Below are positions 37,803 through 53,600 of a DNA stretch of 64,000 nt, piece after piece (within the stretch, counting starts at the first letter, position 1; every line of letters starts with the position of its first letter). The stretch is from Cyanophora paradoxa CCMP329 (lineage: Eukaryota; Plantae; Glaucophyta). The translations under genes were made by a program, and so were the position numbers. Below the pieces are notes generated by a model. The model was not told where the DNA came from. It did no database searches and was given only the letters and a program-made list of their open reading frames with translations. Location of the stretch: the NCBI GenBank assembly GCA_004431415.1, contig QPMI01000005.1, forward strand, positions 806,001-870,000. The letters run 5' to 3'.

Positions 37803-40800
37803 ATGGCGGCGGCGCCGAACCAGCGGGAGTTTGCGCCGCTCGCGCCGGCGGGGCACGAGTACGGCTGGCGCGACGACCACGCCCACAACGACGCGATGAT
37901 GCAGCAGCTGCACCCACGCTCGTCTCCCGCGTCGATGAACCTGCAGCTCCTGCAACCGGAGCTGGGCGCCGGCACCTACGGACGCGTGTTTAGGGCAGTC
38001 GGCGAGGACGGGAACGTCGTGTGCGTGAAGCAGGTTCCACTGCGTGACCTGCCCGACGCAGCGCGACGCGAAGCGCTGAACGAGTGCCGAGTGAGCGTGG
38101 CGCCGCGCCCGCAGCCGCAACGTCGCCGGCCCCGCTCACTGGCCCCCGCGGCGCAGGTCATGGCGTCGCTCTCGCATCCGAACATCGTCCGGTGCGCTCC
38201 CGCGAGCCGCCCGCTCCCCGCGTCGCGCCGCCCGATCCAGCCCGCCTCGCCGCTTCGGGCGCGCAGATACATCACCTCGTGGCTCGACGACCAGGTCCTC
38301 AACATCGTCACGGAGTACTGCCCGCACGGCGACCTCTCTCAGCTCATCCGCGGCCGCACGTCGTACCTCCCCGAGGAATCGATCTGGTCGCTGCTCGTCC
38401 AGATCGCCTCGGGACTCGGCTACCTCCACGACCGCCGCATCATCCACCGCGGCGCGCCCGCTCTCCTCTGCTGATCTCCGACCTCCGCTCCGCTCCGCTC
38501 CTCCGCTTACATTCTGCTTCGATCAAATCAGATTTGAAGCCCAGTAACATCTTCTTGGGGCCGGGCGAGGCGGTCCGAATCGGGGACTTCGGCCTCGGGC
38601 GCGCCCTCTCCGGCGCCACGCTCGCCCGCACGCAGACGGGTACGCCCCTCTACATGTCCCCCGAGGTGCACGAGGCTGCCTAGGCGCCCCTACTTCCTTC
38701 GTGACTCGCCCGGCCGGCCGGCCCCCCGCAGCTCTGCGAGGAGAAGCCCTACAACGAGAAGGTCAGACAAAATCTCAAGCTTAGCCTTAAGGCAACCTAG
38801 ATCTCAAGCTCAATCCAAGGATACAAGCCTAACCTTAGCTTGGCTCACCCGAAACCAATCGCTTATCTCTTCTGATCGCTTATCTCTCTTTCAGAGCGAC
38901 ATCTGGGCGCTGGGCGCGCTCATGTACGAGCTGGCCGCCCTCCAGCCGCCCTTCGTCGCATCCAACCAGATCGCCCTCGCCCGGTTCCCCCCCTGAACTC
39001 CCTCCCCCCCTTACGAGATCGAATTCTGAGGGGACCGGTCCGTCCGCCAGGCGAATCGTGGGGGAGCCCCCCGCGCCGCTGCCGCGCTGCTACAGGTACC
39101 CCCTCGCCCCCGCCCCTCCCTTTCATCCGCCCCTACCCCCCTTCTTCTCAAACCCCGTACCCCCCTCCAGCGTGGAGCTTACTTTCCTGATCTTCTGGTG
39201 CCTCGAGAAGGACATGGACCGACGCCCCAGGTTCGCTGGAGAGAAAGGGAGGGGAGGGGGGTACCGTACCTCGCGCTAGGTCCCCCTCTGGCGCGAGCCC
39301 AGAGCTCAGGCTCCGCCCGCCCTCTGCGCTCTCCTCCCCTCTTCCTCCCCCTCCCCCGCCCCTGATCGCCCCGTCGGTGGCTTGCACTGGGTTCCTCTCC
39401 CCGCTAGCGCGATCCCAGAGCCCTGCTCCCGTCCCTAACCTCCCCCCCCCCCCCCCCCCCCCCTCCCCCGCAGCGTGCAGGACGTGACGCAGTTCTCGGC
39501 GGTTCGGCTCCGCGTGGAGCGCGCCGCCTGGGCCGACCGCGAGCGCTCCCTGCTCCAGGCGAGCACCCCGCTCTTCAAGAAACGCGCCGAGAGAGCTCTT
39601 GGAGCCCCAGAGATTCTCTGACGGCGGCCGCTTAGAGATCTCTTAGAGATTGCTGGCTTTTGAGCTTCACGCTCGCCCCAAGCCCGTGTAGGGCTCTTAG
39701 AGACCGCGCTTAGAAAGCTCTTGGAGCTCCAGAGACTCTCTAAGAGCTCCCGTTAGCTTAGAGCTCCTAAGGCCCCCCTTGAGGCCCCTAGAGATCGTTG
39801 AAGCTATAGGCGAGCCGGCCGGCCCTGAGGGCTTAGAGCTTCTTAGCTGCGCTCAGCTTATGGGCCTTCGTCCGCCTCGGGGCTCACCCAGCGCGCCAGG
39901 CGGCTGAGGAGGCGGGCCGGCGGGCGGCGGAGCAGCAGAGGGGCGCCGCGGCCGCCGCGCAGCGCCTCCAGAGCGACGCGGCGTCCATCCGCGACCAGCT
40001 GGCCGCGGTGCGCGCTCACCTGAGCCGAGAGGAAGGCTCGCCTGAACTCACCTGAGCGGGCGGCAGGCGGCCGACGAGGCGGCGGCGCTGCGGAGGCGCG
40101 CGCGGGAGGCGGAGGACGCTGCGGGGCGCGCCTCGGCGCGGGCGGCGGCGGCCGAGCGCGGGGCGGACGCGCTGCGCGCCGCGCTAGCGGAGCGGGACGC
40201 CGAGTGCGAGCGGATGGCGTCGGAGCTCGCGCGGGCGATCCAGGCCGCCGCGCAGGTACGCTCCTCTCCCTCCCTTGCCTCTCTTGTCCTGCCCGTCTCA
40301 GATGATCATGAACAGGCCTCCCGCGAGAACGACCGGATGCGGGAGCAGCTCCAGGAGTTCAGGTGAGCTCTCTCGGCCCGGGCCGCCCGGGCCGAGCTCA
40401 GGCGTACCCCTGCGGCAGGGCGCGGGAGGCTGTTCTGCTTGAGTACAAGCGCCGGGTGACGGGGCAGACCTCCGTCTCGAGCCCCGCGCGGGCGGCCCTC
40501 GCCGCGGCCCTCGCCGGCGGCGGCGGCGGCGCCGGCGCAGGGCCGTCGCCCCCCAAGGCCCTCCTCGCCCACCTTCAGGTGCGCGGGGGCGTCGCGTGGC
40601 TGTGTCTTGGTCGCTCATGTAAAGGGGGGTACGCGATCGTTCTCAGGAGGGGAGCCCGCCGCCCATCCGCGCTTCGTTCGCGGCGGCGATCGCGGCGGCC
40701 TTGAAGGATCTCGAGGGTACCCCGGCTCCGGCCCCCCCGGGGGGCCCCGAGGCCAGCCCGCAGGAGCGGAGGGGCGCCGGCGGCCGCCCGTCCGCCGAGC

Positions 40801-43724
40801 CCGCTGTACCCCCCTCCTCCGCCGCGGTGGCGGCGGGCCGCCCCGAGAGCCCGGCGCCCTTCTCCCCCCCCTCCGCCCAACTCTCGCCCCTCGCCCCCGG
40901 TGCGCTCTTCTCCCCTTCCCCCCTTCCCGTTGATCTTCTACCCCCCCCCCTGACGTTTCTTCCCCCCAGTCTCCTCCGCCGAATCGTCGGGCCGGGCAGG
41001 GCGGCACCACCCCCCGACCGTCCTCTCCGCCCCCCGCTCGGGCGCCCCGCCCCCGGAGAACGTTCCCGAGGCGGGTTCGGATCCCGCCGCGGACGCAAAG
41101 GACACCGGTCGCCCCGCCTCGCCCCCGCGCGCCGGTGCGCCCAGTTATTCTCTCTTCTTATTTCTCTACCCCCGCTTGACGCCGCCTTCAGCGGCCGTCG
41201 CTCGCGCGTTGGACTTCTCGGGCGCGGGTTCGAATCAGGCCGGGCCCGCTTCCGTCCCGGCCCCCGTGGACCCCCCGCCCCCCGAGCGATCCGCCTCTCC
41301 CGCCGGCCTTGCCGCCGCCAGGTCCGATACCGGTACCCCCCTGCAGTAAACCTCACCTGAGCGGCGCCTCAGCCCCTGCAGCGACGAGGACGGGGACGAG
41401 GCCGACGGGGGGTACGGCGTGCCGGCCCCGGCGCCCGCAGCCTCCGATAGCCCCGTCCGCCGTACCGCCCGGCGCGTCTTCTCCCCCCTCGTGACGACCC
41501 TCCGCGACTCTACCCCGGCGCCGCTTCTCCCCCCCTCGACCGCGCCCGTTCCCCCTTCCGCCGCGGCCGCGGCGCCCCCGGCGCCGGCACGGGACTCCAG
41601 CCCGCCCCTCAGCCGGCCCCAGACCGCCCTCTTCCGGGTACGCAGTGCGTTTTCTCCGTTTCTACCCCTCCCGTCAGACGCGCTTCCGCAGGTGTACTCC
41701 CCCACTCGGTACTCGGTGGACGGGGGGTACGCGGAAGCGGGGGGGGACGAGGAGGAGCGGCCGAGGACCTCTCCCCCGCAGGCCACGGCCCCCCCGCCCC
41801 GCCCGGCCTCAACTTCTCCCCCCGACAACCGGACGCCCGTCCGGCCCCCGCGCTTCGAAGGCATACCCCCCGCGGCACCCTTCTTTCTTTCCTTCCCCTG
41901 ACGCCGTACTCCGCAGTGGAATCCTCGCCCTCCCGTACCCCTCCCCAGGCGCCCCCCGCCCCCGGCTCGAGTCTCGACGCGTACTATTTCGGGCTCTGCA
42001 GGCGCGCTTCGGTATCCGTCCCGCCCGATCCCACCGTCGCTCACGGCGACCGCGCAGCGCCCCGCGCGCCGCCGAGCTTGGACCCTTTACCCCCCTCTTC
42101 TTCTGGCGCCGCCACGGAGCCGCCGACTCCCCCGCCGCAACTGTGGTAAGCCCCCTCCCTCCCCTCCGCGGCCCTCTGTACCCCCGTACGATCCCGTACC
42201 CCCCAGCGCATGGAGCTGGGCCCTGCGTGGGAGAACCGCGGGCAGCACCAGCTCGCGTACCCCGTCTCCGCCTTCCTCATCGTCTACAAGGTGCCGCGTA
42301 CCCCTCTGTCCCTCCCTCTTCGCCCCCCCCCCCCCCCCCCCCCCCCTCCTCTTTCTCACCCTTCCCACAGCCGAACCCCGCGCTGGCTGAGCCGCCTGGG
42401 ATCAAGGCCCTCCGAGTGCGTCGGCGCGGGCTCGACGCGTTCGAGCGGATCGCGCGCGTGGTGCGTGGGGGGGTACAGGCCCTCCTTCCCTTCGTTCGCT
42501 TGTTTGACTTCGTTCGCTTGATAGGACGTCAAGAGGCTGGAGCCGTCCCCCGGCTGCCGTCACGCCTCCTGGGCCCGCCGACGCTACGCGGAGGTCGTCC
42601 TACCCCCCAGCCCGGGTGCGGCCTCCGCCAGGGTACACCGTCCGAACGCCCGGACCGACCCGTACCCCCGCAGGTCCCATCGGGGGTGCCCAGGACTTCG
42701 TTCTCGAGTTCGACGCAACGAACCCTGTCGATGAGGTCCGGAAAGACGTAACCCCCTCTGCAATTGCGTATCCGTTTTGAACACGGGTACAGGTGGCGGT
42801 GCTGAGGCACGATGCGAGATTCCTCGCGCTGGCGGCGGGGCCCCCTACCCCCCCGACGGCGGCCGACTCGTACCCCGCACCTGCCCCCGCTCCTGCCCCC
42901 GCTCCCGCGCCTGTTTCCGGGACCCCGAGTACGCGTTCGACTCTGCTCCGCTTCCGTTTAGTGATCTGAGTGCCCTCTGCAGGCCCTGGAACGCCCGGTA
43001 CCCCCCTGGAGCACCAGCACCCGAGCCGGGGAAACGGCTCCTACGCGGCGCTGCGGCGGTCCCTCGAGAAGTACCCCCCCTCGCCCCACATCGTGCGCGC
43101 CGCCACGTACCCCCTTTCTTCGACCTTTTGTCGCCGTTCAAACGTGAGCAGGACCCCACGACGGGACTGCACGTCCTAACGCGTACCCCGGGGGCCCTCG
43201 GCCCTCCCCTGCGCGTCCCGGCCGTTTCCAGCCCCGAGGGCACCCAGTACCCCCCGGAGGCGACCCCAAGGGGGTCGAGCGAGGGCCCCCTGAGCCCCGA
43301 GCAGATCGCCGCACTCGTCGCCCGCGGTCCGTCCCTGTACCCTCCTCCCCCTCCTCTTCGCCCCCCTAATGCCCCTGCCAGCCCGCAGCTCCGTTACTTC
43401 GTCCGTCTCGGGCGTACCCCCCCAGTCCCCCGGCGAGCGGTACTGAAGCTTGTGCTTCGTTCTGTACCCGTGACCCAGACCTGTAAAAGATGTAGCCCCC
43501 TGACGATGGGGGTAAAGTGTCGTAGTGTTAATGGGAATCCGCCCGAGCTGGGCCGCCGGGCTGGTTTCATTGATGGCCCAATGGTCGGCCTGCGGCGGAG
43601 TCTCGTCAGGCTCAGCCCGCCTGAGGAGCTCATCAAGTCAGCTCCGGCTATGAGTCATCGCGTCACTCAAGAGTCATTGGCTTGGGTGATCATGAATCAT
43701 CCGATGATCAGCTTCAGATGTTAG
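37803..43724 (+). CDS. NIMA-related (NEK family) Ser/Thr kinase with coiled-coil, Pro-rich region and a C-terminal domain
   Basis: Spliced motifs LGAGTYGRV, VCVKQV, HPNIVRY, HR|DLKPSNIFL, IGDFGLGR, GTPLYMSPE|LCEEKPYNEK|SDIWALG, CLEKDMDRRP. Coiled-coil exons ~39900-40360. The 3' end is approximate. Confidence 0.88.
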
Positions 43725-44336
43725 CCGGCCCTGCGCATGATTCGGAATTCATCAACTTTCGTCTCATTCTCGCGGCTCAGCGGCGATGACTGGCATCCGA
43801 CGAGAGGTCACACTATGACAATGATCATCGGATCATGATCACGTCACCCGTACTGGCTTCAGAGTTTGATCGCGAGATCATGATCATGAGTCATCGGCTC
43901 AGCGGTTCCGTTCTGGCGCCTCACTTGGGGCACGCACTGGCAGCTGCCAGCTGTCAATATCCAATGATTTTTCATTTGATGTTGATCATCATCGCGGTCT
44001 CTCCCTCGCGAGTCGTTAGGCCCGCCCTCGCCTTCACTCCCGCCTCATGAGCACTCCGGACGACCAGCGGCTCAGCGACTTTAATCTGAGCCGCAGACTC
44101 TGAGAGCTGCTGGTCGCCCCGGCCCGGAGTGCCCATGAGGCGGGAGTGAGGCCAGCGGCCGAGCGGCTCGGCTTCCAACACGATGCGCGACGCCCCCAGA
44201 ACCGCGCCCCAGCCCATCTACCGCCTGGAGCCCGTAGTGCGGGGCCCGAAGGCGGGGACATCTATCTATCTCGCTTCAAACACACGTAACTTAGTAACAA
44301 CCGATGATGATCCGGCCCGCCTATCTATCTATCTCT

Positions 44337-45360
44337 TTATCGCCTGGAGACCTTCATGCGCGGCTGCGCCGCCCGCGCCTCCCGCCGCTCCATCTTCCGC
44401 CGCTTCTTCTCATCCATCTCCTCCTGAGAGAGACGGAGATGAGAAGGAGAGAAAAGTTGAGAGAGGTCGAGAATTTGATGCTGATGAGTTCAAGGCGTAC
44501 CGGCTCCTCCTGCTTGGCGAACCACCAGGGGTAGATAATGTAGACCCAAGCCTTGTACAGCGCGAAGGCCGGGATCTTTCGGTACCCCAAGGTTAGATGT
44601 CGGGATACACGGAAGCGCGAGCCGGCGGGGTTACGGCCGCGAACCACGAGGTAGACGAGCCAGAACCAGTCGGAGATCATCGTACCCGCCTGCACGAAGA
44701 GTGTAATGTAAAGGACGTCGAAATAATACCTGCGGGGCGGGGCGGGGCGGGGCGGGGCGGGCGGCCGTCAGCGGCAGAGGCGCGGCGCTGGCGCGGCGCG
44801 GCAAGCGTCGCGGCCTCGGGGGTACGCACTCGACGATGCCCTTCGAGTCCAGGTCCTGACCGGCGTCGTCGATCTGGCCCTTTTCGTCCAGATCGACGCG
44901 CGCGAAGCTGGAGAGGTCGGAGTAGATCTTGTAGTAGACGAACGAGGTCACCGCGAAGCCGATCCAGTGCCACGTGCCGAAGGTCCCGAAGTGGAACAGA
45001 ATGCGGTAGAGCACGAACGCGGCCTGCGGTGCGCGGGGAGCGTCGGCGGGATGGAAACGGGCGCCGCGGGCGGGCGGGCGGGCGCCGTGGGAGGCGGCAG
45101 GACGGTAGCAGGCGCTAGCTATGGCCGCGGAGGCGAGCGGCGCGACCGTCGGTGGCGGGCGCGAGGACCCAGCGCACATTGACGCCGGCAATGTACTTGA
45201 GGTGCTGCTGGAGCTTCTTCTTGTTGCGCTCCGCGACCTTCTTCTGCGACTGGTTCGCCTGCGCGCGCGGGGCCTCCCGTCAGCGCCCTGTGCGCCGCCC
45301 GGCAGGCTCGCTGTTCGAGGCGGGCGCGACCCTCCGAGCCGCTCCAACCGCCTCCACCAT
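44337..45360 (-). CDS. TMEM208: TMEM208 / SND2 family ER membrane protein
   Basis: Spliced protein M|ANQSQKKVAERNKKKLQQHLKYIAGVN|AAFVLYRILFH...DAGQDLDSKGIVE|YYFDVLYITLFVQ..SDWFWLVYLV|IPAFALYKAW...|EEMDEKKRRKMERRE...RR*. This is the typical SND2/TMEM208 pattern. Confidence 0.9.
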
Positions 45361-45558
45361 CGCAGCTAGCCGACCCACGGCGCTGCGCGAGAGGCTGGCG
45401 GGGCGGCGCGAACCATTTTTTCGCTTCCCGGGTACTGCGAAATTCAAAAGAGAGCGCCGCCAGCTCGAAGCCGAAGGGCACAGCCAGAGCGGATTCTCGC
45501 ACAGATTGGCGGCCCGACGTTACAGGAGGCTTAGCTAGCGCACAGCGGGCCGACAGAG
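45361..45558. promoter_or_regulatory. Probable bidirectional promoter between TMEM208 and IFT56
   Basis: Divergent start codons 198 bp apart. Confidence 0.55.
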
Positions 45559-48766
<3,208 letters not shown>

Positions 48767-49636
48767 CGCCTTTCGGGATTCCCCGGCCGCGCGGCCCGCG
48801 CCCCCCCTTCCCTCACCCTCCCGCCTCCCTTCCCCCGCTACCCCCGCCTCCCGAGCTCTGTGCATTCCATTCCATTCCGGTCTGCTTCTTTGCCTGGCAC
48901 ACCTGCAGAGCGAAGAGAGCTTGCACAGTACTCGTGTTGCACAGAGCATGATGCGCAAATGATGAGACTGCAGCTGAGCACGTTACCCGAATTCGAAATT
49001 CCCGAATTCGACGCGGTCGACGTCGACGTCGACCGTACGCGTCGACGTCCCCGGGGCCCGCGCCGCCCGGGCCCCGGGCCCGCCGGGCCGGAGTCGACGT
49101 CCGCGCGCGGAATCGCCGGGCCCGGGCCGTGTAAGCCCGTGTATATATATACCGTACATGTACAACGGTAGACTCTGAGACTCCGCAGTACGTACTACGG
49201 TAAGACTTCGTGATCATCGCGATTCAATGATTCGCGATCGCCGCGGATCCGAGCTCGAGATTCCCCCAAGTTCCGCCGGCCCGGCGGGCCGAGTTGCAAA
49301 CTTGCAATTGGCGAGTCACTGAGTTGGCGATCGCCGGTCCACTGTCCGACGCCAACTCGGAGGGGGGTACGGGAGAACGCCGTGGTAGAACTTCGGAACT
49401 CAAGTTGGCCTTCCGCGGCGCCGCAATTTGCCAAAAAAGTTCATCATGATCAAGTTGGGCCGCCGCGCCGGCTGTAAGTCTGCCATGCAGGCCTAGGCCT
49501 AGGCTGCAGCTGTGACTCTCAGTGTCACAGTGTCGATCACAGACTGTGAAGTCTGTGAGTCACTGATGCCTGATGACTCAGTGTCAGAGAGTCAGTGATG
49601 CCATGATGAGTCAGCGGATTCACTGACTCAGCGCAA

Positions 49637-49899
49637 CCGTAGATCTAGAACACTTAAGTAATGCGCGCACTTAATTAATGCGCCCCCGAATTAATGCGTT
49701 TTCCGGCAGCAAAACGCATTAATTCGGGGGCGCATTAATATCGAAACGTTAAGAAACTGCATTATGTACCCCCCAACCGCGGCCAAAAAGCTTCAAAACG
49801 CATTAATTCGGGGGCGCATTATTAGCCACACTAGGGGCCGGTCCGGGTCCAAAAACGCATTAATATCGGGCGCATTAATTAAGTACTAGTGTTCTACGG
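49637..49899. mobile_element. MITE related to the 21568 element (different subfamily)
   Basis: After removing one 6-bp insertion from each end, the TIRs read CCGTAGAACACTTAAGTAATGCGC and CCGTAGAACACTTAATTAATGCGC. TA on the right flank. Internal aaaacgcattaattcgggggcgcatta repeats. Confidence 0.82.
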
Positions 49900-50024
49900 T
49901 AGCGCGCCGGCGCCGGCCGCGGGCGCCGCCAGCGCGCCCCGGCGGCCGGCGGCGGGGCCCGGGCCCTGGCCCCACCGTGGCACGCCGGCCCCGCGCCGGG
50001 CCCATTAAATTACGCCGGCCGGCG

Positions 50025-50120
50025 CGTAGGGCACTAAATTACTACTGCGGCTACTACTACTGCCGCACTGCGGCAGCCTGGCAGTGCGGCGTTAATTAAC
50101 GCGGTTTCGAAAATGCGGCA
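50025..50120 (-). mobile_element. Terminal fragment of the 21568-type MITE, expanded by nested insertions
   Basis: cgtagggcactaaattact...tgcggcgttaattaacgcggtttcgaaaatg matches the revcomp of 21777-21829. Confidence 0.78.
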
Positions 50121-50638
50121 TGCGCACTGCTGCCACTGCGGCATGATCATGATCAGCGGCCGCGGCTTCTCGCGCCGGCGGGATATCGATCAGCCGCCAT
50201 CAGGCTGTCATCAGCGAGCATGCGCGCTGCGGCAGCACTGCGGCAGCTAGCGCTGTATGCGCAAGTCGCAGCGCAACACACGAGCTCCTTGCGGCCGCGG
50301 CCGGCTTCCGAGTTCCTCGCTATGGCCATGATCGGGTCGTCGCTATAGCTAGCGCTAGCGCTGGGCACACACGTAAAGCTACGCATGCGGATCGGGACCA
50401 CATGCATATGTATATATGTGCGCCTAGCCTAGTAGCTGTACTAGTATACGTATAGGCCTGCAGCCGTGCAGCTGCAGCTGCGCATTAGCATGCAGGCCAG
50501 TTGCAAGGCGTGACGGGTCCCCGCTGCCGCGGCTGCGAAATTTTAAAGGCGGAAGACGCGTACGCGTACGCAAGCCTTAGCACGCGGCGAGGCGCGTCCC
50601 GATCCGGATCCCCCTCGACCGCGATCGCGAGCACACAC

Positions 50639-53600
50639 ATGTACACAAGTGCACATCGATGGGCGCTGGCGCTGCTGGCGGTGCTCGCGGCGGCGCTGGC
50701 GGCGATCGCGGCGGGGCAGCAGGCGGCGCTCTTCGCGACACCCGCGTCGCAGCAATTCGACGATGGAAGCGGCGAGGCTACCTACGCTCCGAACACCCAC
50801 AAGTCCTGGTGCGCATAGTGGCATCGTGCCATATATGCAAGATGCATCACATCATGATTATTAAATATTATAAAACTTTTTCAATGGCGTGCGCAGGCTC
50901 ATCACGGCGCCCGAGGCCCAAGTCGTCGCCCTCCGCTTTACTTCGTTCGACACGCGCTGGGGAGACTATGTGAGGGTTCGCGCACTTGAACCGCTCCCCG
51001 GTCCCCTATGCATATGGACAGCTTTCACGAGCGGGCCTCGTCGCAGGCATACGATGGAAGCAGCACATCTGCACCGCGGCTCAGCGAACTCAGCGGGTGG
51101 CTCTATCCGCCTATCCTTGTGGCGTCTACGGGGCGCACAATGCTCGTCACCTTCGACTCCGACGACTCAAGCTCGTATGGCGGGCGGGGCTTCGCCGCCA
51201 ATTACACGGCCGGAACCCCCGGTACTGTTTCCCGCAGCATACTGGAAGTAGTGCTGTTTCCCTGCAAACACTCCCTGTAACATTGACGTATCCACGTGCG
51301 CGTTCGCCGCAGTTGATTTCAACCTAAATGCGTCCAGCGTGGAGCAGTCCTTCGAAGATGGGAGCGGGGTAGCTGACTACGCTGCGAATACCCACTTTTC
51401 CTGGTACACAACCACCTGCGCGCACCCTATAAATTAAAGGTCGATGTCCTGCACCTGACGAATGGGGCTACGCCTTCTCCTCAGGCTCATCAGGGCACCC
51501 GAGGGCAGCGTGGTCGTCCTCCGATTCACCGCGTTCGACACTGAGGCGGGCTACGATGTCGTCCGGGTTCAAATCCGCGTCGCGCTACCCATTATTCAAT
51601 TCATAGATATATACTATATATACTAGATATACGTATACTAGATATATCCGCGTCGCGCTACACATTAGCAATGCCGCAGGGCTGCACAACTTCAATATTT
51701 TTATGTAAGCTTAACGCGCGCCGCAGGTGCATGACGGGAACAGTACCTCCGCGCCGCAACTCCTCAGCCTCAGTGGGCAACCAAATTATTTGATCTGGCC
51801 ATGGAGAGCGTCGACGGGGGGCGCGATGTTCGTCTCGTTCTACTCCGATTGGAAATTGCATCGCCCGGGATTCAACGCTTTTTATTCGGCCGGTGCCCGC
51901 CCTAGAATGCACTGTGCAGCTGCGTTCCGGATCCCGTCCGCACTCTTCTCATTCGCGCCGCAGCTTTTTACGTAGAGGGGCGTCTGCGCATCGCCCTGGA
52001 TGCGAGCAGGACGGAGCAGCTTTTTGACGACGGAAGCGGCACGGATACCTTCTATCAAAACACGAGCAGGCTTATCACAGCCCACGAGGGCGAGATCGTC
52101 ATCCTCCGCTTTCATATTACTCCAAAGGGAGACTATGCCAGGGTTCGTGCATGCGATCTATGTCCCGGCCGTGGCCAGCCGAACGGGAAAGCACAAGTGA
52201 GCGCCGGTGCAGGCATACGATGGAAACAGCACATCTGCGCCGCTGCTCTTCCAGTTCAAAGAGAACCTGAGCTACTTAGAACTCACGTATTTGTATGGCT
52301 CTACGGGCCGCACAATGCTCGTCGTCGTAGATTCCGGATCCAATCGCGGCACCTCGGGATTGGGATTTGCCGCGTTTTACAGGAGCTCGGCTGCAGCTGG
52401 TGCTTAAAGCGTGTTCCAAGCGCACTTAACCTGTCTTAATTAACCTATCCCCGCAGTTCCCGTTTTGGAGGGGCGGCTGCGGTTTTATCTTGATGCGACC
52501 CCCGCGACCCAGCAGTTTGATGACGGAAGCGGCGAGGCTAACTATGCTCCGAACTCCCACAAGTCCTGGTGCGCAGCGCGACCTCAAATACCTAGTCTAC
52601 AATTGCCGCGCTTGGTGTGCACTGGCCTTACATTGTTAAGAGGCGTCCCTGCCGCACTGTTGCCTGCAGTCGATCATTTATATTTCTGTTATCGTGAGCT
52701 GATACTGCTGGCCGTGAACGTGCTCCGGATCCTCAGGCTCATCAGGGCACCCGAGGGCAGCGTGGTCGTCCTCCGATTCACCGCGTTTGACACTGAGGCG
52801 AACTACGACGTCGTCCGGGTTCGAATCCGCATCGCGCTTCTCAATATTCATAGATATGTAGTATAATTTATAAGCTTGAGACGCGCCGCAGGTGCATGAC
52901 GGGAACAGCACCTCCGCGCCTTTACTTGTAAGCCTTAGTGGTCATCCGGGCGTGCCGTTGGGGCTTGCTTCGGAGGGGCGCGAGATGCTCGTCACCTTCG
53001 ACTGCGGTAGCACTACCAACCGCGCAGGATTTAACGTGTCATACTACGCCGGTACTCAGCTCAGCTGCAGGCGCACTCCGGATGTACCGTATCAAATCCG
53101 GCGCAGTTTCGCTTCAGCACCTGTTGCTCAATGCAACGAGCATGGAGCAGTCCTTCGACGACGGGAGCGGGGTAGCTGACTACGATGCGTACATCCGGAA
53201 GTCCTGGTGCATGTTTTTTCTTCCTTTCTTCCACCCTTCTTCCCTCCTTCCTTCAAAGCTTTTCTCCCTTCTGCCTTCCCCCTAGGCCTCCCCGTCCCCC
53301 TCTTCATCCCCAGACGTCTCGTACTACGTATTTATCCATGACGGGGCAGGCTTATCACGGCGCCCGAGGGCCAAGTCGTCACCCTCCGCTTTACCTCGGT
53401 CGACATGCGCTGGGGAGACTATGTGAGGGTTCGCGCACCCGAACCGCGCCCCGCCGCCCGGCCCCTATAGCTTTTGTGAGCAAGCCCTATTGCAGGCATA
53501 CGATGGAAGCAGCAGTGCGGCTGTGCGCATTTTTGAGCTCAGCGGGCAGCACAGCTCGCAGTTTGCATTTGCATCTACTGGCCGGGTGATGTTTGTGGAG

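Larger units (their letters stand above)
48960..50638. repeat. Footprint-saturated intergenic tract upstream of the CUB gene
   Basis: (GTC GAC)3 at ~49016, AGA-C-TCT-G-AGA 49170-49180, TGT-C-ACA-G-TGT ~49523, ATG-C-CAT-G-ATG ~49598, CAC-C-GTG-G-CAC ~49973, GCA-C-TGC-G-GCA ~50065 and ~50235. Confidence 0.85.
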
